Below, piece by piece: positions 30,502-42,400 of a DNA stretch of 64,000 nucleotides. The notes below the pieces were generated by a model, which saw only the letters and a program-made list of their open reading frames with translations, was not told where the DNA came from and searched no databases. A program made the position numbers and the translations under genes. Each line of letters starts with the position of its first letter. The first letter of the stretch is position 1. Origin of the DNA: a virus; IMG/VR virus record IMGVR_UViG_3300034101_003866, positions 86,249-150,248 of that record, one strand, 5' to 3'.

Positions 30502-32951
30502 ACTCCTGTGAATAGAATAGATCCAAAGTCCCAGTTGCTTAGCAGATCATTTTCTCTTTGTACAGCTAATTCTGGATCTTCTTCCGATATTAAGTTTCCT
30601 GATGCATATATATAAGCATATGAACTTTGACCATTAGAATTATATGCTGATAGTCTATAGTGATAATTTATATTAGATTCAGTACCATTTATAACTTCAT
30701 TAGTAGAAGTAATAAGATTACTAGTATCATTATAATTCTGCCACGATATTCCAGCATCGTATGATTCTTCTATTCTATATCCAAGAATTGGACTTGATCC
30801 ATTTTGGCCAGCTTCCCAAGATAAAGCAATATCAGAATATATAGTATTATCAAATTCTCTAACATATGCTAAATTATATGGAGCTTTTGGAACAGATGAT
30901 CCTGGGGTCATGCCACTAGAAGCATCAGAGTATTCACCTATTCCAATTAGGTTTTGAGCAGATATTCTAAACTTATACTGGGTTGCGGCAGAAAGCCCCT
31001 TTATTGTCGCTCTTGTTGATTCTGGTTTTGCTCTATCAACAGAATATGGAGACTGTATATCGGTCCATGTGTCACCATTATTGGTGGAAAACTGAATAAT
31101 ATAATTTATTATTAAACTGTTACCATCACTCTCTGGTTGATTCCATTTGATTGATAATTCACTATTACCAATACCGTTTGAATCAGGATCAAGAATTATA
31201 CCGTAGGGTTTTCCTGGGGTTGTTGGATTGGTCTTTGGTACTCTGGATATTATCTTACCATTTTTATCAATTGTTAATAAAGCATTTGTTATATATTTAC
31301 CGCTATTATCTGATAACGGCAATGGTCTTAAATAAATGTCTTCAGTAATAATATTAGGACTATATATTGTCCTATCTACTGTTAAATCAGCATAATCATA
31401 AACATATCCTGTTATCGTCACCTCTCCTATTGTATAAGTACCAGTTGGTAATGAACTTATAACATATGCTCCGCTTGTATTAATAGAAACTTTTGCTCTA
31501 GTATCATAATTCCATCCTGAAGGATTTGTTTTTTCTCTATCTAGATACTTTACAAAATAAATACCGGAAGATGGAGATCCGCTAGCTGCGTTTGGTACAT
31601 TAGCATCTACCTTAAGAGCAGGAATCATACCTACTGGAATATTATGTGAATTTAATCCAAAAATATTTTCATCATAATTTCCATATCTTGTTTTTCTTTG
31701 TCCATAAACAAGGAAGTCTATGTTTTCACCAAGCATATTAAATGCTGTATGAGTATCTGGTCTTATACTGATACTATTAAGTGTGCTTGGTTTAAATTTT
31801 AATTGACTATTTTGTAGTTCGTCTTGTATGCAATTATATTGGTTCTTTGCAGTTCTTCCCAACTGCATATCCATATATGCTCCCTTAGTAACAGAGAATG
31901 CGTATCCATTCCCTAAATATGAGTTACCATCTGACCAAGGCTTTGGCGTACAAATTTTAATAGCTAAGCCTTGTACCGTTTGATCTGGTTCTCCATCGGG
32001 GTCAATAAAGTCTGCTTCTTGATAGAGGTCTTCTAATGGAGTAACTAGGTCAATAGAATCTTGTTCAGCTCCGTACCTAACTTCTGCTGCAAATTTAACA
32101 TATACAATTTCTCTCGTATCATTTCTCATTAATTCAATAGTATCAAAACCTATTCCAAATTCTGATTCTAGTATTTCTTGAGTTAATGCTGTGGCACTTA
32201 TACTAGCATCTGCCCATTTAGGTTTATTAATATAAAATATGATTCTACCATCTTCGACCTTAACTGGTCTCTTTGAGAATCTATTCCATTTAACCCCATC
32301 TGCATTAAGATACACTGCTGGAGACCACTCTGCGGGCTGATCTTTTCCCATGTGTGTAAGAATATTACCTTTATATCCTTCAAAGTTTGGATATATTTGT
32401 ATTCCTTCTGTTATTTTTGTTATAGCATTTATTGTAACTTTTGCTGGGATTTGAACGCTATCAATAGTAGTAGATGGTTCATATTCTATTTGTGAAAATG
32501 CTTTTATCTCGTGACTATTTGGATTATCAAAATTACCGGAACTTACATATAAAGGTCCGTATGGTTGACTTGGCATTGTTATAGCATTCAATCCAGTATT
32601 AAAAACCAATTTATTTCCCGGAATTGCTGCTAAATCATTTTCTCCAGATCTATATATCAAAGCACCTTCAGACCCAGGATAAGACGGTATTATATTTCCA
32701 CTGGAGTCTATTTTGCTTATTTGTTGATATAAAAGATTTTTAGATCTTAATCCACTAACGTCAACATATCCTTGTGATATAAGTTGTATTCCGCTTCCGC
32801 CAACTAACCACATATTACCACTTGCTGATAATTGAATATTCTTATCTCCAAGAACATTAAAATATTGTCCATCTATTTTTTTATTTCCAGTATTTATACT
32901 AACTCCTGGCCAGCTTTTTGGACCTAGTATTGTAAACCATGAATTGCTCAT
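30489..32951 (-). CDS. Fibre-like protein with two C-terminal fibronectin type III domains
   Basis: PGKP...LSIKWNQPESDGNSLIINYIIQFS...GLSAATQYKFRISAQNLIGIGEYS and PKAPYNL...LSWEAG.NGSSPILGYRIE...YHYRLSAYNSNG (about 30600-31225). Confidence 0.8.
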   Translation of the reverse strand: MSNSWFTILGPKSWPGVSINTGNKKIDGQYFNVLGDKNIQLSASGNMWLVGGSGIQLISQGYVDVSGLRSKNLLYQQISKIDSSGNIIPSYPGSEGALIYRSGENDLAAIPGNKLVFNTGLNAITMPSQPYGPLYVSSGNFDNPNSHEIKAFSQIEYEPSTTIDSVQIPAKVTINAITKITEGIQIYPNFEGYKGNILTHMGKDQPAEWSPAVYLNADGVKWNRFSKRPVKVEDGRIIFYINKPKWADASISATALTQEILESEFGIGFDTIELMRNDTREIVYVKFAAEVRYGAEQDSIDLVTPLEDLYQEADFIDPDGEPDQTVQGLAIKICTPKPWSDGNSYLGNGYAFSVTKGAYMDMQLGRTAKNQYNCIQDELQNSQLKFKPSTLNSISIRPDTHTAFNMLGENIDFLVYGQRKTRYGNYDENIFGLNSHNIPVGMIPALKVDANVPNAASGSPSSGIYFVKYLDREKTNPSGWNYDTRAKVSINTSGAYVISSLPTGTYTIGEVTITGYVYDYADLTVDRTIYSPNIITEDIYLRPLPLSDNSGKYITNALLTIDKNGKIISRVPKTNPTTPGKPYGIILDPDSNGIGNSELSIKWNQPESDGNSLIINYIIQFSTNNGDTWTDIQSPYSVDRAKPESTRATIKGLSAATQYKFRISAQNLIGIGEYSDASSGMTPGSSVPKAPYNLAYVREFDNTIYSDIALSWEAGQNGSSPILGYRIEESYDAGISWQNYNDTSNLITSTNEVINGTESNINYHYRLSAYNSNGQSSYAYIYASGNLISEEDPELAVQRENDLLSNWDFGSILFTGVCPT

Positions 32952-32966
32952 AATTGAATTTCCTCT

Positions 32967-35900
32967 TTAAATAAACCACCCAGGACCATTGGTTTTTTCG
33001 TCACACCACCAAGGAAGATTATCTGATTCTATTAAACCAGCATCTGAACATAAAGAGAATGTGTCTGTTTCTATTCTCTTGGGTTGAGCAGAGAATATAC
33101 ATCCAGTACAACTAGCTATAGTTCCTAATATTGATTTTGTATTACGATTATTCCATTGGTCATCAAGATTAGTGGCTGGCGTTTGTGTTTGCGTAATAGT
33201 TTGTGTGTTTGTTTGTGTGTTTGTTGTGTCTGTTCCACCACCTTGTGTGAAATTTAATTCAGATAATGATGACATTATTGTGCCATCACCAATCATAATA
33301 TGATCAGCATATAACCATCCACTCACACTTAAATTAGCAAATACTTTTGTTTCTTGGTTTGTTACAGCATCGATACCTGAACCAACCAAATAAGGTTCGG
33401 GTCTTTTGATACTAACAGATGATGTTCCAGTAACACTGTTACCATTAACTGGTCTGTAGTATGCGGCTTTATGCCATTCACTAAGTTCTGGTAGCCAGTA
33501 TTTTCTATAAGATCCTTTAGCTATACTATAAGTGTCTACATCAGTAAGATATATATTATATGATCCATTATTAAGTATATAATCAATATTATTTTCAGCA
33601 ATTATTGGAAGAGCCCCATTGTGCATCCAATTTATAAATTTAATAGCATTTAAATAACTAACAAAAGTGACTGGCTTATTAATCATGGATGGTTTTGGAG
33701 AGTACTCATAAACTCCTGTGTCTATTCGTAGTATTCCTCCAAGGTTACTGCTCGTCATTCTAGAATCATATAATTTACGATCTACTACCTTACTGCTAGC
33801 TGTTGCATTTAAGAACTTACAATATTGACTATTAGTAATTTCATATTTACCTATTCTATAAAAATTATTAACAACGCCTAGATTGTTTAATATTATAGGA
33901 GAATATGATCCAGTTGATCCTTTAACATATGTACTTGATGAATCTTTAATATTTCTAGGATCACCAACCGTAACAAAGGACATATTTAGTCCGGTTGCCT
34001 GAGATATAGCGGCCGAATCAATTATTCCCTGTAGCCCTGCTATTCTGAAGCCAACATAATCAAATCCCGACATTCTAGGAAGAGACTCTATACTTTTTAA
34101 ACCACTGGGGCCTATTTCAACATCGTCTGTTGTTAAGTAAGATCCTCCAGCGGTAAACTCGTTTATGTCACGAGATTCTATAGATGCTTTTTCAACCCAC
34201 TCTGCAACGTTTCCGTTCTGATCGTATGTTCCATAATAAGATGGTAATCCATTTGTTCCAATATCTGATAATACTCCACTAAATAAATTTCTGCTAATAT
34301 TATAATTATAATTTGCAGATGAGTAGTAGTTTGAAATGCCGCTTCCTCCAGTTGTTACCACAATAGGAAACATATCTGTTCTAGTGGTTGCAAATGGAGA
34401 ATAAATGCCAGATGGTTGTAATACTCTGCCAGAATTAGCTTTAATTAATAGTGCTGGTTGTTCATCAAGTCCATAAACTATAAAATTAATATCTTTTTGT
34501 TTGCTGTTAAAGACAGTATCTGTTAATGGTCGCACACTAAGAATATTTTCTGTTGAATCAGACAATGTACCTTCATCAACACTCTTAGTCATCGTTAAAT
34601 ATCCACCCTTAGTTATAGAGTAAACATTAACATTTGATGTAATATTTTGTACAATATTTTGATCTACTAAAAGTCCAACAACGGCACTACCATTTGATTC
34701 TAAACTAATAATTTTTCTGTATATATTAGATCCATTTGATGAGATCACTATTTGATCTCCAGCAGCAAACTCATCAGCAGAAACACTATCTGTGAAAGTA
34801 ATTTGTCTCAAGCAGGCTGTTGCGGGTCTTGGGGAATACTTTGTCCAAATAACATCTCTTTCAGTTAAGAAATAGTCATCTAAAGTATATATTCCAGTGA
34901 TTGCTCCATTTGACGTTGTGCTCAATAATTTATTTGCTGGCACAGGAAGTAAAAGAGCCCCTGCCGAATCAATACTGAGTGGACTATTAATTAGTTTACC
35001 GCCAGAAGCCATCAATAGTCCGCTAGATCCCAAATTACTAATAGTAATATTAGTAACATCAATATTTTGTGAAGATATGGTTGTTAGGTATGAGGTTCCT
35101 GTAGCATATACTGAGGACGATGAGAATGTTATTGATGATTGGGGACTAACTGTTATCTGACTATTTCCATTAGATAATAGTAAATTACCATTATTGTTAA
35201 TTTGTAATCTATTTCCACTATATCCAACATATGTAGAATCTACTGTAGTTTGTATGGTTTTTATTCCTGTGACACCAGAAACTACTGTGATATCTAGTGA
35301 ACCCTTTTCTCCATAAACTGTTGTATTAACTGCTCGTGATTCTATCTGGGCATAATTTGTTTGATTGCCTGTAGAATTTTTAGCAGAAAGGTTGATCTGG
35401 GAAACAACACTACCACTTGCTATATCTGTTGACGGTTTATGATAAAGAGTTATATTAGCTGGATAGCAGGATGTTCTATTCTCTAGTCTTAAGCCTTCTT
35501 GACAAACGGTATTAACAATATGGAATACTGTTGATGGCCGTGAGCCTGACGGAATGTTGATTCCTACTCTTCCGTCATAAGAAAAAAATAAATTTTTACT
35601 TAACGATCCGCTTCCATAAACTATAAAATCGCTACCATTAGTACTATTGTTAACAATGAAAGGATATGTACCACTAGTTGGGATAATGGTATCTGCTGAT
35701 GATGCTGAATTTGCTCCGATAAATACTCTTTGAGACTCTGAATCCCAATACATTTCGGCATTATTCATTTCTCCACTTAATATAGAAAAAGTATCAGAAT
35801 CATTATTTAATGACTGTACGCTCATTCTTTCTGGAGACTTATTATTTAGTACTACCCAATCCTTCCCTGTCGATGCTAATCTGGCATAATTATTAAATGA

Positions 35901-36434
35901 ATCTAGTGTGCATACTAGTGACCCATCTTTATTATTCACAAATAATGAGTTTGATGATTCTATTAGTTTTAATTCAATAATAATATTGTTTGACTGGTCT
36001 AATGATGGAAGACTAATGCTAATAGGTTTTGAAGAGCAGTCTACAAGATATAAGGCACTTATAGCATCTAAAGATAAGTCTTTATCAATAACGATTGTAT
36101 TATTTAGTCCTTTATCAAAAGAACTTTGATTAGCAAATACATAAAAATCATTACCAGAAGATGGAAAATCTACTGTATTGTTATTATTAGACGATGAAAT
36201 AGTCTCAATTCTTTTAACAACAATATTACCACTATTATCAAATACTATTTCTCCAACACCAGTTTCAAATAAGCGACTATTTAAGTTTCTGGCTATGTAA
36301 GGAATTAAATATCCTACATGATTAGTATTAAGAATATTATATGTTTTTATAGCAGATACTGGCTTAATAACGTCATTTTCTATAACGAAATTAAATCCAA
36401 TATTATCAAATACTCTTATTAGTTTGTTTGACAT
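32967..36434 (-). CDS. Fibre-like protein with a C-terminal permuted FGE-sulfatase domain
   Basis: GRVGINIP fibre-type motif; YGTYDQNGNVAEW, VGFRIA, FVTVGDP.N, YRIGKYEITNSQY..FLNA, NKPVTFVS, EWHKAAYY (about 33450-34320). Confidence 0.8.
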   Translation of the reverse strand: MSNKLIRVFDNIGFNFVIENDVIKPVSAIKTYNILNTNHVGYLIPYIARNLNSRLFETGVGEIVFDNSGNIVVKRIETISSSNNNNTVDFPSSGNDFYVFANQSSFDKGLNNTIVIDKDLSLDAISALYLVDCSSKPISISLPSLDQSNNIIIELKLIESSNSLFVNNKDGSLVCTLDSFNNYARLASTGKDWVVLNNKSPERMSVQSLNNDSDTFSILSGEMNNAEMYWDSESQRVFIGANSASSADTIIPTSGTYPFIVNNSTNGSDFIVYGSGSLSKNLFFSYDGRVGINIPSGSRPSTVFHIVNTVCQEGLRLENRTSCYPANITLYHKPSTDIASGSVVSQINLSAKNSTGNQTNYAQIESRAVNTTVYGEKGSLDITVVSGVTGIKTIQTTVDSTYVGYSGNRLQINNNGNLLLSNGNSQITVSPQSSITFSSSSVYATGTSYLTTISSQNIDVTNITISNLGSSGLLMASGGKLINSPLSIDSAGALLLPVPANKLLSTTSNGAITGIYTLDDYFLTERDVIWTKYSPRPATACLRQITFTDSVSADEFAAGDQIVISSNGSNIYRKIISLESNGSAVVGLLVDQNIVQNITSNVNVYSITKGGYLTMTKSVDEGTLSDSTENILSVRPLTDTVFNSKQKDINFIVYGLDEQPALLIKANSGRVLQPSGIYSPFATTRTDMFPIVVTTGGSGISNYYSSANYNYNISRNLFSGVLSDIGTNGLPSYYGTYDQNGNVAEWVEKASIESRDINEFTAGGSYLTTDDVEIGPSGLKSIESLPRMSGFDYVGFRIAGLQGIIDSAAISQATGLNMSFVTVGDPRNIKDSSSTYVKGSTGSYSPIILNNLGVVNNFYRIGKYEITNSQYCKFLNATASSKVVDRKLYDSRMTSSNLGGILRIDTGVYEYSPKPSMINKPVTFVSYLNAIKFINWMHNGALPIIAENNIDYILNNGSYNIYLTDVDTYSIAKGSYRKYWLPELSEWHKAAYYRPVNGNSVTGTSSVSIKRPEPYLVGSGIDAVTNQETKVFANLSVSGWLYADHIMIGDGTIMSSLSELNFTQGGGTDTTNTQTNTQTITQTQTPATNLDDQWNNRNTKSILGTIASCTGCIFSAQPKRIETDTFSLCSDAGLIESDNLPWWCDEKTNGPGWFI

Positions 36435-36437
36435 ATA

Positions 36438-39400
36438 TTAGGTTCTCATTGGGCGATTATTGGCTGCAGTGTTTAGATTACCTTCAAATTGTGATCTGTC
36501 ATATTTTGCCATAGTGTTTTGACTAGTTTGACTACCAGCTAATTGTCCTGCTTGTGCTGCACTACTTACTATTCTATCTCCTTCTTTTCCTAATCCTGTA
36601 AAATCAACAACTTGTCGCCCAGTAACTTCTGCTGTTAATGATGTTGGTATTTGACTAGCAGTCTCTGACCAAGTATTTGCTGAACTAGCAATTGTTTGTG
36701 AAGCACTAGCGAATGTTTGGCCGAAATTATTTAATGTTTCAGTACTACTTTGCATCATTTGACTATATGTTTCCATTCCTGATTGGAGTGCGGTGCTTAG
36801 TTGGTTCATGGCCTGTCCTACTGCAGCACTAATACTAGACGATATATCATTAGATACACCACTACTACCACTACTACCGCCACTACCTCCACTAACTAGT
36901 CCAGCTGCAGCATAATATTTGGGTGCAACTATTCCACCATTGGCCAAATAGTTAACAATTCCACCTCTATTGAAATGGCCACTATTTATAGCATTAAGTA
37001 GAGGCATATGCTGCTGACTAGATTCTCTGTTAACAACAAATTCTCCAGGAGTTAGCATGGCTGGTACAGTATCTGTTCCCTGAGATAGATAAGGTATTAA
37101 TGCTCCATTATTAGCATATACTATACCACCCTTATTAAATTTTTGTATTCCTAATTTATGTAATTTTTCAATAATTTCTGGCGTAACTTCATCGGCTGGG
37201 ATATTATATATTTCCGTTGATTTAGCTCTAAGACTTGGACCTCTAACATGGATTCCTCCTTGTGAATCAAACTCATAAACAGGTTTACCAGTATCTTCTA
37301 CCTGGGCGTGGGCTTTGGTTTCAAACTTTTCTAATGATCTCTTACCAGTTTTAGGATCAATAATAGCACCTTCAAAACCACTATAGTTGACATATTTATT
37401 ATCAACACTCGTGGTTGATCTACCTGTTCCGACTCCTCTAGACTGTTTATAAGAATTACTCAATCTACCATAAGCTTCAGCTGATTCTATGAGATCTGCT
37501 GGCGCATTTCGCATAGATCCATATGTTCTAAATTGATTTGGTATGCCAGCTTCTACAGCACTTTTCCATAAAGGATCACTCTCATCATAATAAGATTGTC
37601 CCAAACCAGTCTTTTCTATTTCAAAAACTCTCTTACCTTCATCTATTTGTGCTTGATAAAGCATAGTGTTTCTAGTCTTTAATAATTTATCAATTTCTTC
37701 TTTTTTACTAACTCCTTTTTTAAGTCCAAACCAACTATCTGGCTTTTCTTGAGATCTTAGAGATGCTATTTGAGCATCAAGTTGTGCTAGTTGTTTATTT
37801 GCAGTAAGAGATGCTGGGGTCTTAGCTTGGTTGACTCCTGCTATAAAATCATCAAACGTAGCTTTGGATGCTGCTAATCTCGCTTCACGTTCTGCTATTC
37901 CTCTTTTTGTAATTGGAGTGTCTAGTAGGTCTGCTTTCATTGGATTATAAAGACCAGGGCCTTGTTTGTGTTTTCCTGTTCTCCTAACACCCGGAATAAC
38001 CATTTGAGCATTCTCACTCCCGGCTATCGGGCGCTCCTTTGATACTTTCGGATCATATGTTCTAAGACCATCAGGAAATTGCCTGGCCTCTTTTACATCA
38101 CGAATTAGTTTTAGATCAAAATCGTTATACCCTTTATCAAATTTCGCATATAATTGTGTCATCAGATCATCAGAATTTAATCCGGAGTCTACTAGATACC
38201 TGGTTACATCATCGTATAGTGAGCTGTACGAAAGGTGGCTTGGACCTTTGGTTGTATTTTTATCTATATATCTTGTAAAAAAACTATCTAAAGTTTCTTG
38301 CGCTTTAGTGTCTAAATTACTATTTTTAATAATACCTCGCATAGCAAATGCGCTCTCTTCTGCATTACTGGAGAAAGGCTTCATCCTAGCCTCTCTGGCT
38401 GCTTGCATTTGAGCTTTTTGACCAGATGTCATGCTCTCAAGCTCAGCTTTTTGCATTTTTGCCAAGCTTTGTCTTTCAGCCTGTCTGCTTGATCTAACAG
38501 AAGCTCTACTTTGTTCTCTTAATTCCGCTTTACTGGGTGCTTTTTTAGTTGATTGTGTTGCTGTTGCGGTTGATGCTGTTGACTTCGCTTTGGTTCCAGC
38601 GGGCGCCAAATCAGCAAAAGAAGATTGTGCAAATGGTACGACTTGTCCTTTTACTTTTTTGGTTTTCCAAACCGATAATAAACGATCTGGAGACGGACGA
38701 ACAATTGTACCATCTTTTAATCTAATACCATTTTTTAATATCGTATCATATTGAGATAGTGAATCTGGATCGCTAGCCAATTCAACTATTTTATTTAATC
38801 TTGCTTGTAGTTCAGCTGATCCTCCTAAATCAGGATGTGTAAACTTATTATATTTTCTTACTAGATCACGAACCCCTTGCGAAGTTAATGGTGTTCCTGG
38901 TTGAACTCCTAGTATATCATATACTGATGATTCTGATGAAGATAATTTGGATAAAAATTCTTCTTTACTCATTTCTTTAGCACTATCAATAGCACTTGAT
39001 GCTTTTCCTGCTTTTGATGGAGTTGTGGACGATTTAGCGTCCGCTTTTGCTGCCGCCGCATCAACTTTCGCTCTATCTGCTGCTTCTTGTTGTACTTTAG
39101 CAGCGTCTTTTGCTCTCGTTTTGGCAGCAGCATCGTCTTGCATTTTAGCAGCATCGGCTTTTGCTTTTGCAGCAGCGTCTGCTTTAACTTTTGCAGAAGC
39201 GTCTGCATCTGCTCTGGCTTTATTAACCGATTCAGCTTGTGTCTTAGATGAATCAAGTTTAGCTTTGGCGTCTGCATCTGCCTTAGTTGTGGTTCTTAAA
39301 CTATCGTCTACCGATCCGCTTCCTGGGGTGGCATCAGGAACTTGACCCTTTCTTGGCTGAACATAGACAGTGGATGGTCTTTGTGGTGCAGCATTTACTG

Positions 39401-42400
39401 TTGGATCGTACCCTAGTGCTTGCTGAGTTTGTCCTGGTCTTGGCTTAACATAAATAGTTCCTTGTTTTGCATTCTTAACTGACGCGGCTGATGCTGCTGT
39501 ATTTGTTGGGGCGTATTTTGTTGTTGGATTAACTCTTGGCTTAGCCCAATCTGGAACAATACCCTTAACCCCCAACACATCACCCATTTGAGTAGCAACA
39601 TCTTGAACACCTTCAACGAAATTATCCACTCCTGCTCTAACGGCACGACCAGCAGACCTAAACGGAGCAGCCGCTGTGCTTGTTGCTCTGGGGAACGCAC
39701 CAGAAATGTACGAACCCATTTCTCTAACATCTCCAGCAGCCTGAGCGGCTCCTCCTACAACATTATCCACGGTTGCTCCCACACTTCTAGCAAATCTACC
39801 AGCCCCAGGTAATCTTCCGACAGTATTTCCTGCTGCTCTTCTTGCTATTCCAGCGCCAGAAGAAACGACTCTTCCAGCAGCACCACCAATCCTACCGGCG
39901 GCATTAAATACCGCTCCTTCAGCATTAATTAATGCTCCTGCGCCTTGAGAGGCTGCATATCCAGTAGTTTGCGCAAATGCTGTACCGAAGCCTAAATAAC
40001 TATCCATACCACCAGCTAGTTGCACATTTCTAGCATCATTGCGTTGTAATGCAGTTTGCTCACCGGTTTGTATCGGTCCCATACCAGCAACAGCTTGCCC
40101 AGCTTCAACAAAACCCATTGCTCCAGCACCCATAGCATTAACACCAACTTCAGCAGCCGCTCTTGTTGCTGCAGAATAAGCTCCTGGTTGATTATTTAGT
40201 CTTTCACTGTTTGCTGTAGCTGCTCTTGCTCTTATAACAGCAGCATCTTGAGCAGCCGCTATCTCTTGAGGCGATGGCATTGGTCTGCCATTAGCTCTAG
40301 CCTCATCATACATATTTTCTGCTGTTCTATTTCTTAAATTATTCTCATCCCCAATTTTAAAGGCTGTATCATCTCCAGACATAGCATATCCAATACCTCC
40401 AACAATAGGAGATGCAACTGTTGCAACTGCTCCGGCAGTTATATTTGCTGCCCCATAAAGAGCGTCTCCAATACCCTGAGTTACTCCTCCAACATATCCT
40501 GCTGCTGCTATAGCAGGATTACTGCTATTTATATATAATGATGCTTGTCTATCTTCTTCAGCTTTTTGTTGTTGTGCTCTAACCTTTTCTGCCGCACTAA
40601 CTTGTTGAGCCCCCTCAAATTGCGCTATCGCTTCACTATTAGCTTGATCCTGTAATAATTGTTCGGTTGTTGGAACAACATAATTTTCAAGTTTTTCCAT
40701 ATATGGTTTTGGCATATATTTTCTTTGTTCAGTCCTGTACTGTTCTCTTTGATCTTCTTTAACCTTTCCTTCACTAAGAAGTTGATTAAATTTATTGTCT
40801 ATTTTACCTGTTTGTTCATCTAATTTAGCTTGATTTCTTTCATTGATTACTTGTTGTCTTCTTCCTTTTTTATATTTTTCTCTTTCTTCTGGATCATCTT
40901 CCATTGCATAAGTATTAGGATCTTTGCCTGATCTAGACGCTTCTAACTTCTGGTTAAATTCAACATCAAATGCTTGTTCTTGAGCTGCTATTTGTGCTCT
41001 TTTTTCTATTCCTATTTTTGTGCTAGTAATAGCACTATCTGCTTCTCTCTTTTTCTTCGTGTCGCTTGAAGTTGTAGCCGTTTGAATTGAAGAAGATAAT
41101 CCTGGACTAGCAGTTATTCTATAAACATTTTGTGTTTCTGCTTTTGCTCGTATGTTTGGATCATTACTATATTCATATGGATCTGTAGCGCCAACAGATT
41201 GATAAGAATTTATTTGACTATTCGGCTTAAACAACTGATTTGGATACTTTATCATTGTCTCAGTCGCTAGTACATTTGATGGTGAACCAAGAGGAAAGTC
41301 AAACCAATCTCTGCGTGAACTTTCTCTATCTCTAACTGTTTTCTGAGACTCAAACCTTGGAGTATTAGGATCGCTTCCATATGTATAATTTCTTCCAGCA
41401 ACATAATCTCCAGGTAATGACACCCTAGGACTTGGAACCATTGGACCATTATTCACACCTAATCTTCCATCCTCATTTTTAATTTCTGGTGTTCTCAAAT
41501 TAACAGAAGTATTAGTCTGGGTTGCTTGTTGAGTTTGCTGGGCCTCATAAGCTCTATTATCTGCTATGCGTCTAGTTAAACCAAGTAAAGGATCTCTTGT
41601 TTTATATTTTGGATCATTTGGATCTGGCTTTTGTAAAGGCTTATTGGTAGTATATTGTTGTGTAAATCCTGATTCGATTACAGCATTTTGCTCGGCAGCC
41701 TGTTGCTCATTGCTTGGTCTTGAGTAGCCTTCATTTATTCTGGAGGCCATTGCTGGATCAACAGAGCCAGGTTTTCCTCCGTTGCTAGTTATTGGAGGCA
41801 ACGCACCAATAAATGATAGAGCGCGTAGACTTCCTCTATTTCTACGATCAGAGCCTAACTCTTTTAGAGCCGATCTTTCTTCTGGCGTTATCTCATTAGA
41901 CTGAGCACCTTTACGATAGGCACTATTTACTAAAGAAGAAATATTACGATCTTTTTCTACAGTATATGGACCGACCTCTCTTTTTATTTGATTAGATTTT
42001 AAGGTTGCATATTCTGTTTCTTCTTCTGAGCTTCTTCCTTTGCTTCCTTTAAGCCACAATGATCGTCTTCGTAACTCTTCAGATTTGATCTTTTTCTTCT
42101 CATTAATAGCTTCTTGAGTGGGTCTAATTTTTGTTGTTGTTCCTCTGCCCCATGGAACAACTTCTGCTTTTACTAAAGGAACTGGTAGCGATGGTTGAAC
42201 GACAGATGTGGTATAGCTCATATCTGGCTTAATATCGCTCTTGGCCACTTGTGCCTCTTTGGCCTTAACCTCTGCTGTTTCTCTTGCGGTTTTGGCAGGA
42301 TTTTCCACAGGCATTGGTTGACTATTAGTATTAGCACTTACATTTTCAGCTTTTAATCTATCTGCTGCTAATTTCCTTTCTCTCTCTTCTATTCTGACCA

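Noticed and set aside
18950-34320. Catalytically active formylglycine-generating enzymes
   Set aside because: The catalytic Cys pair near the RGGS...GFR region of true FGE is absent; context indicates a binding role
16784-36434. Diversity-generating retroelement suggested by the C-lectin/FGE domains
   Set aside because: No reverse transcriptase and no near-identical template/variable repeat pair differing at adenines seen in this window; one elsewhere in the genome cannot be excluded
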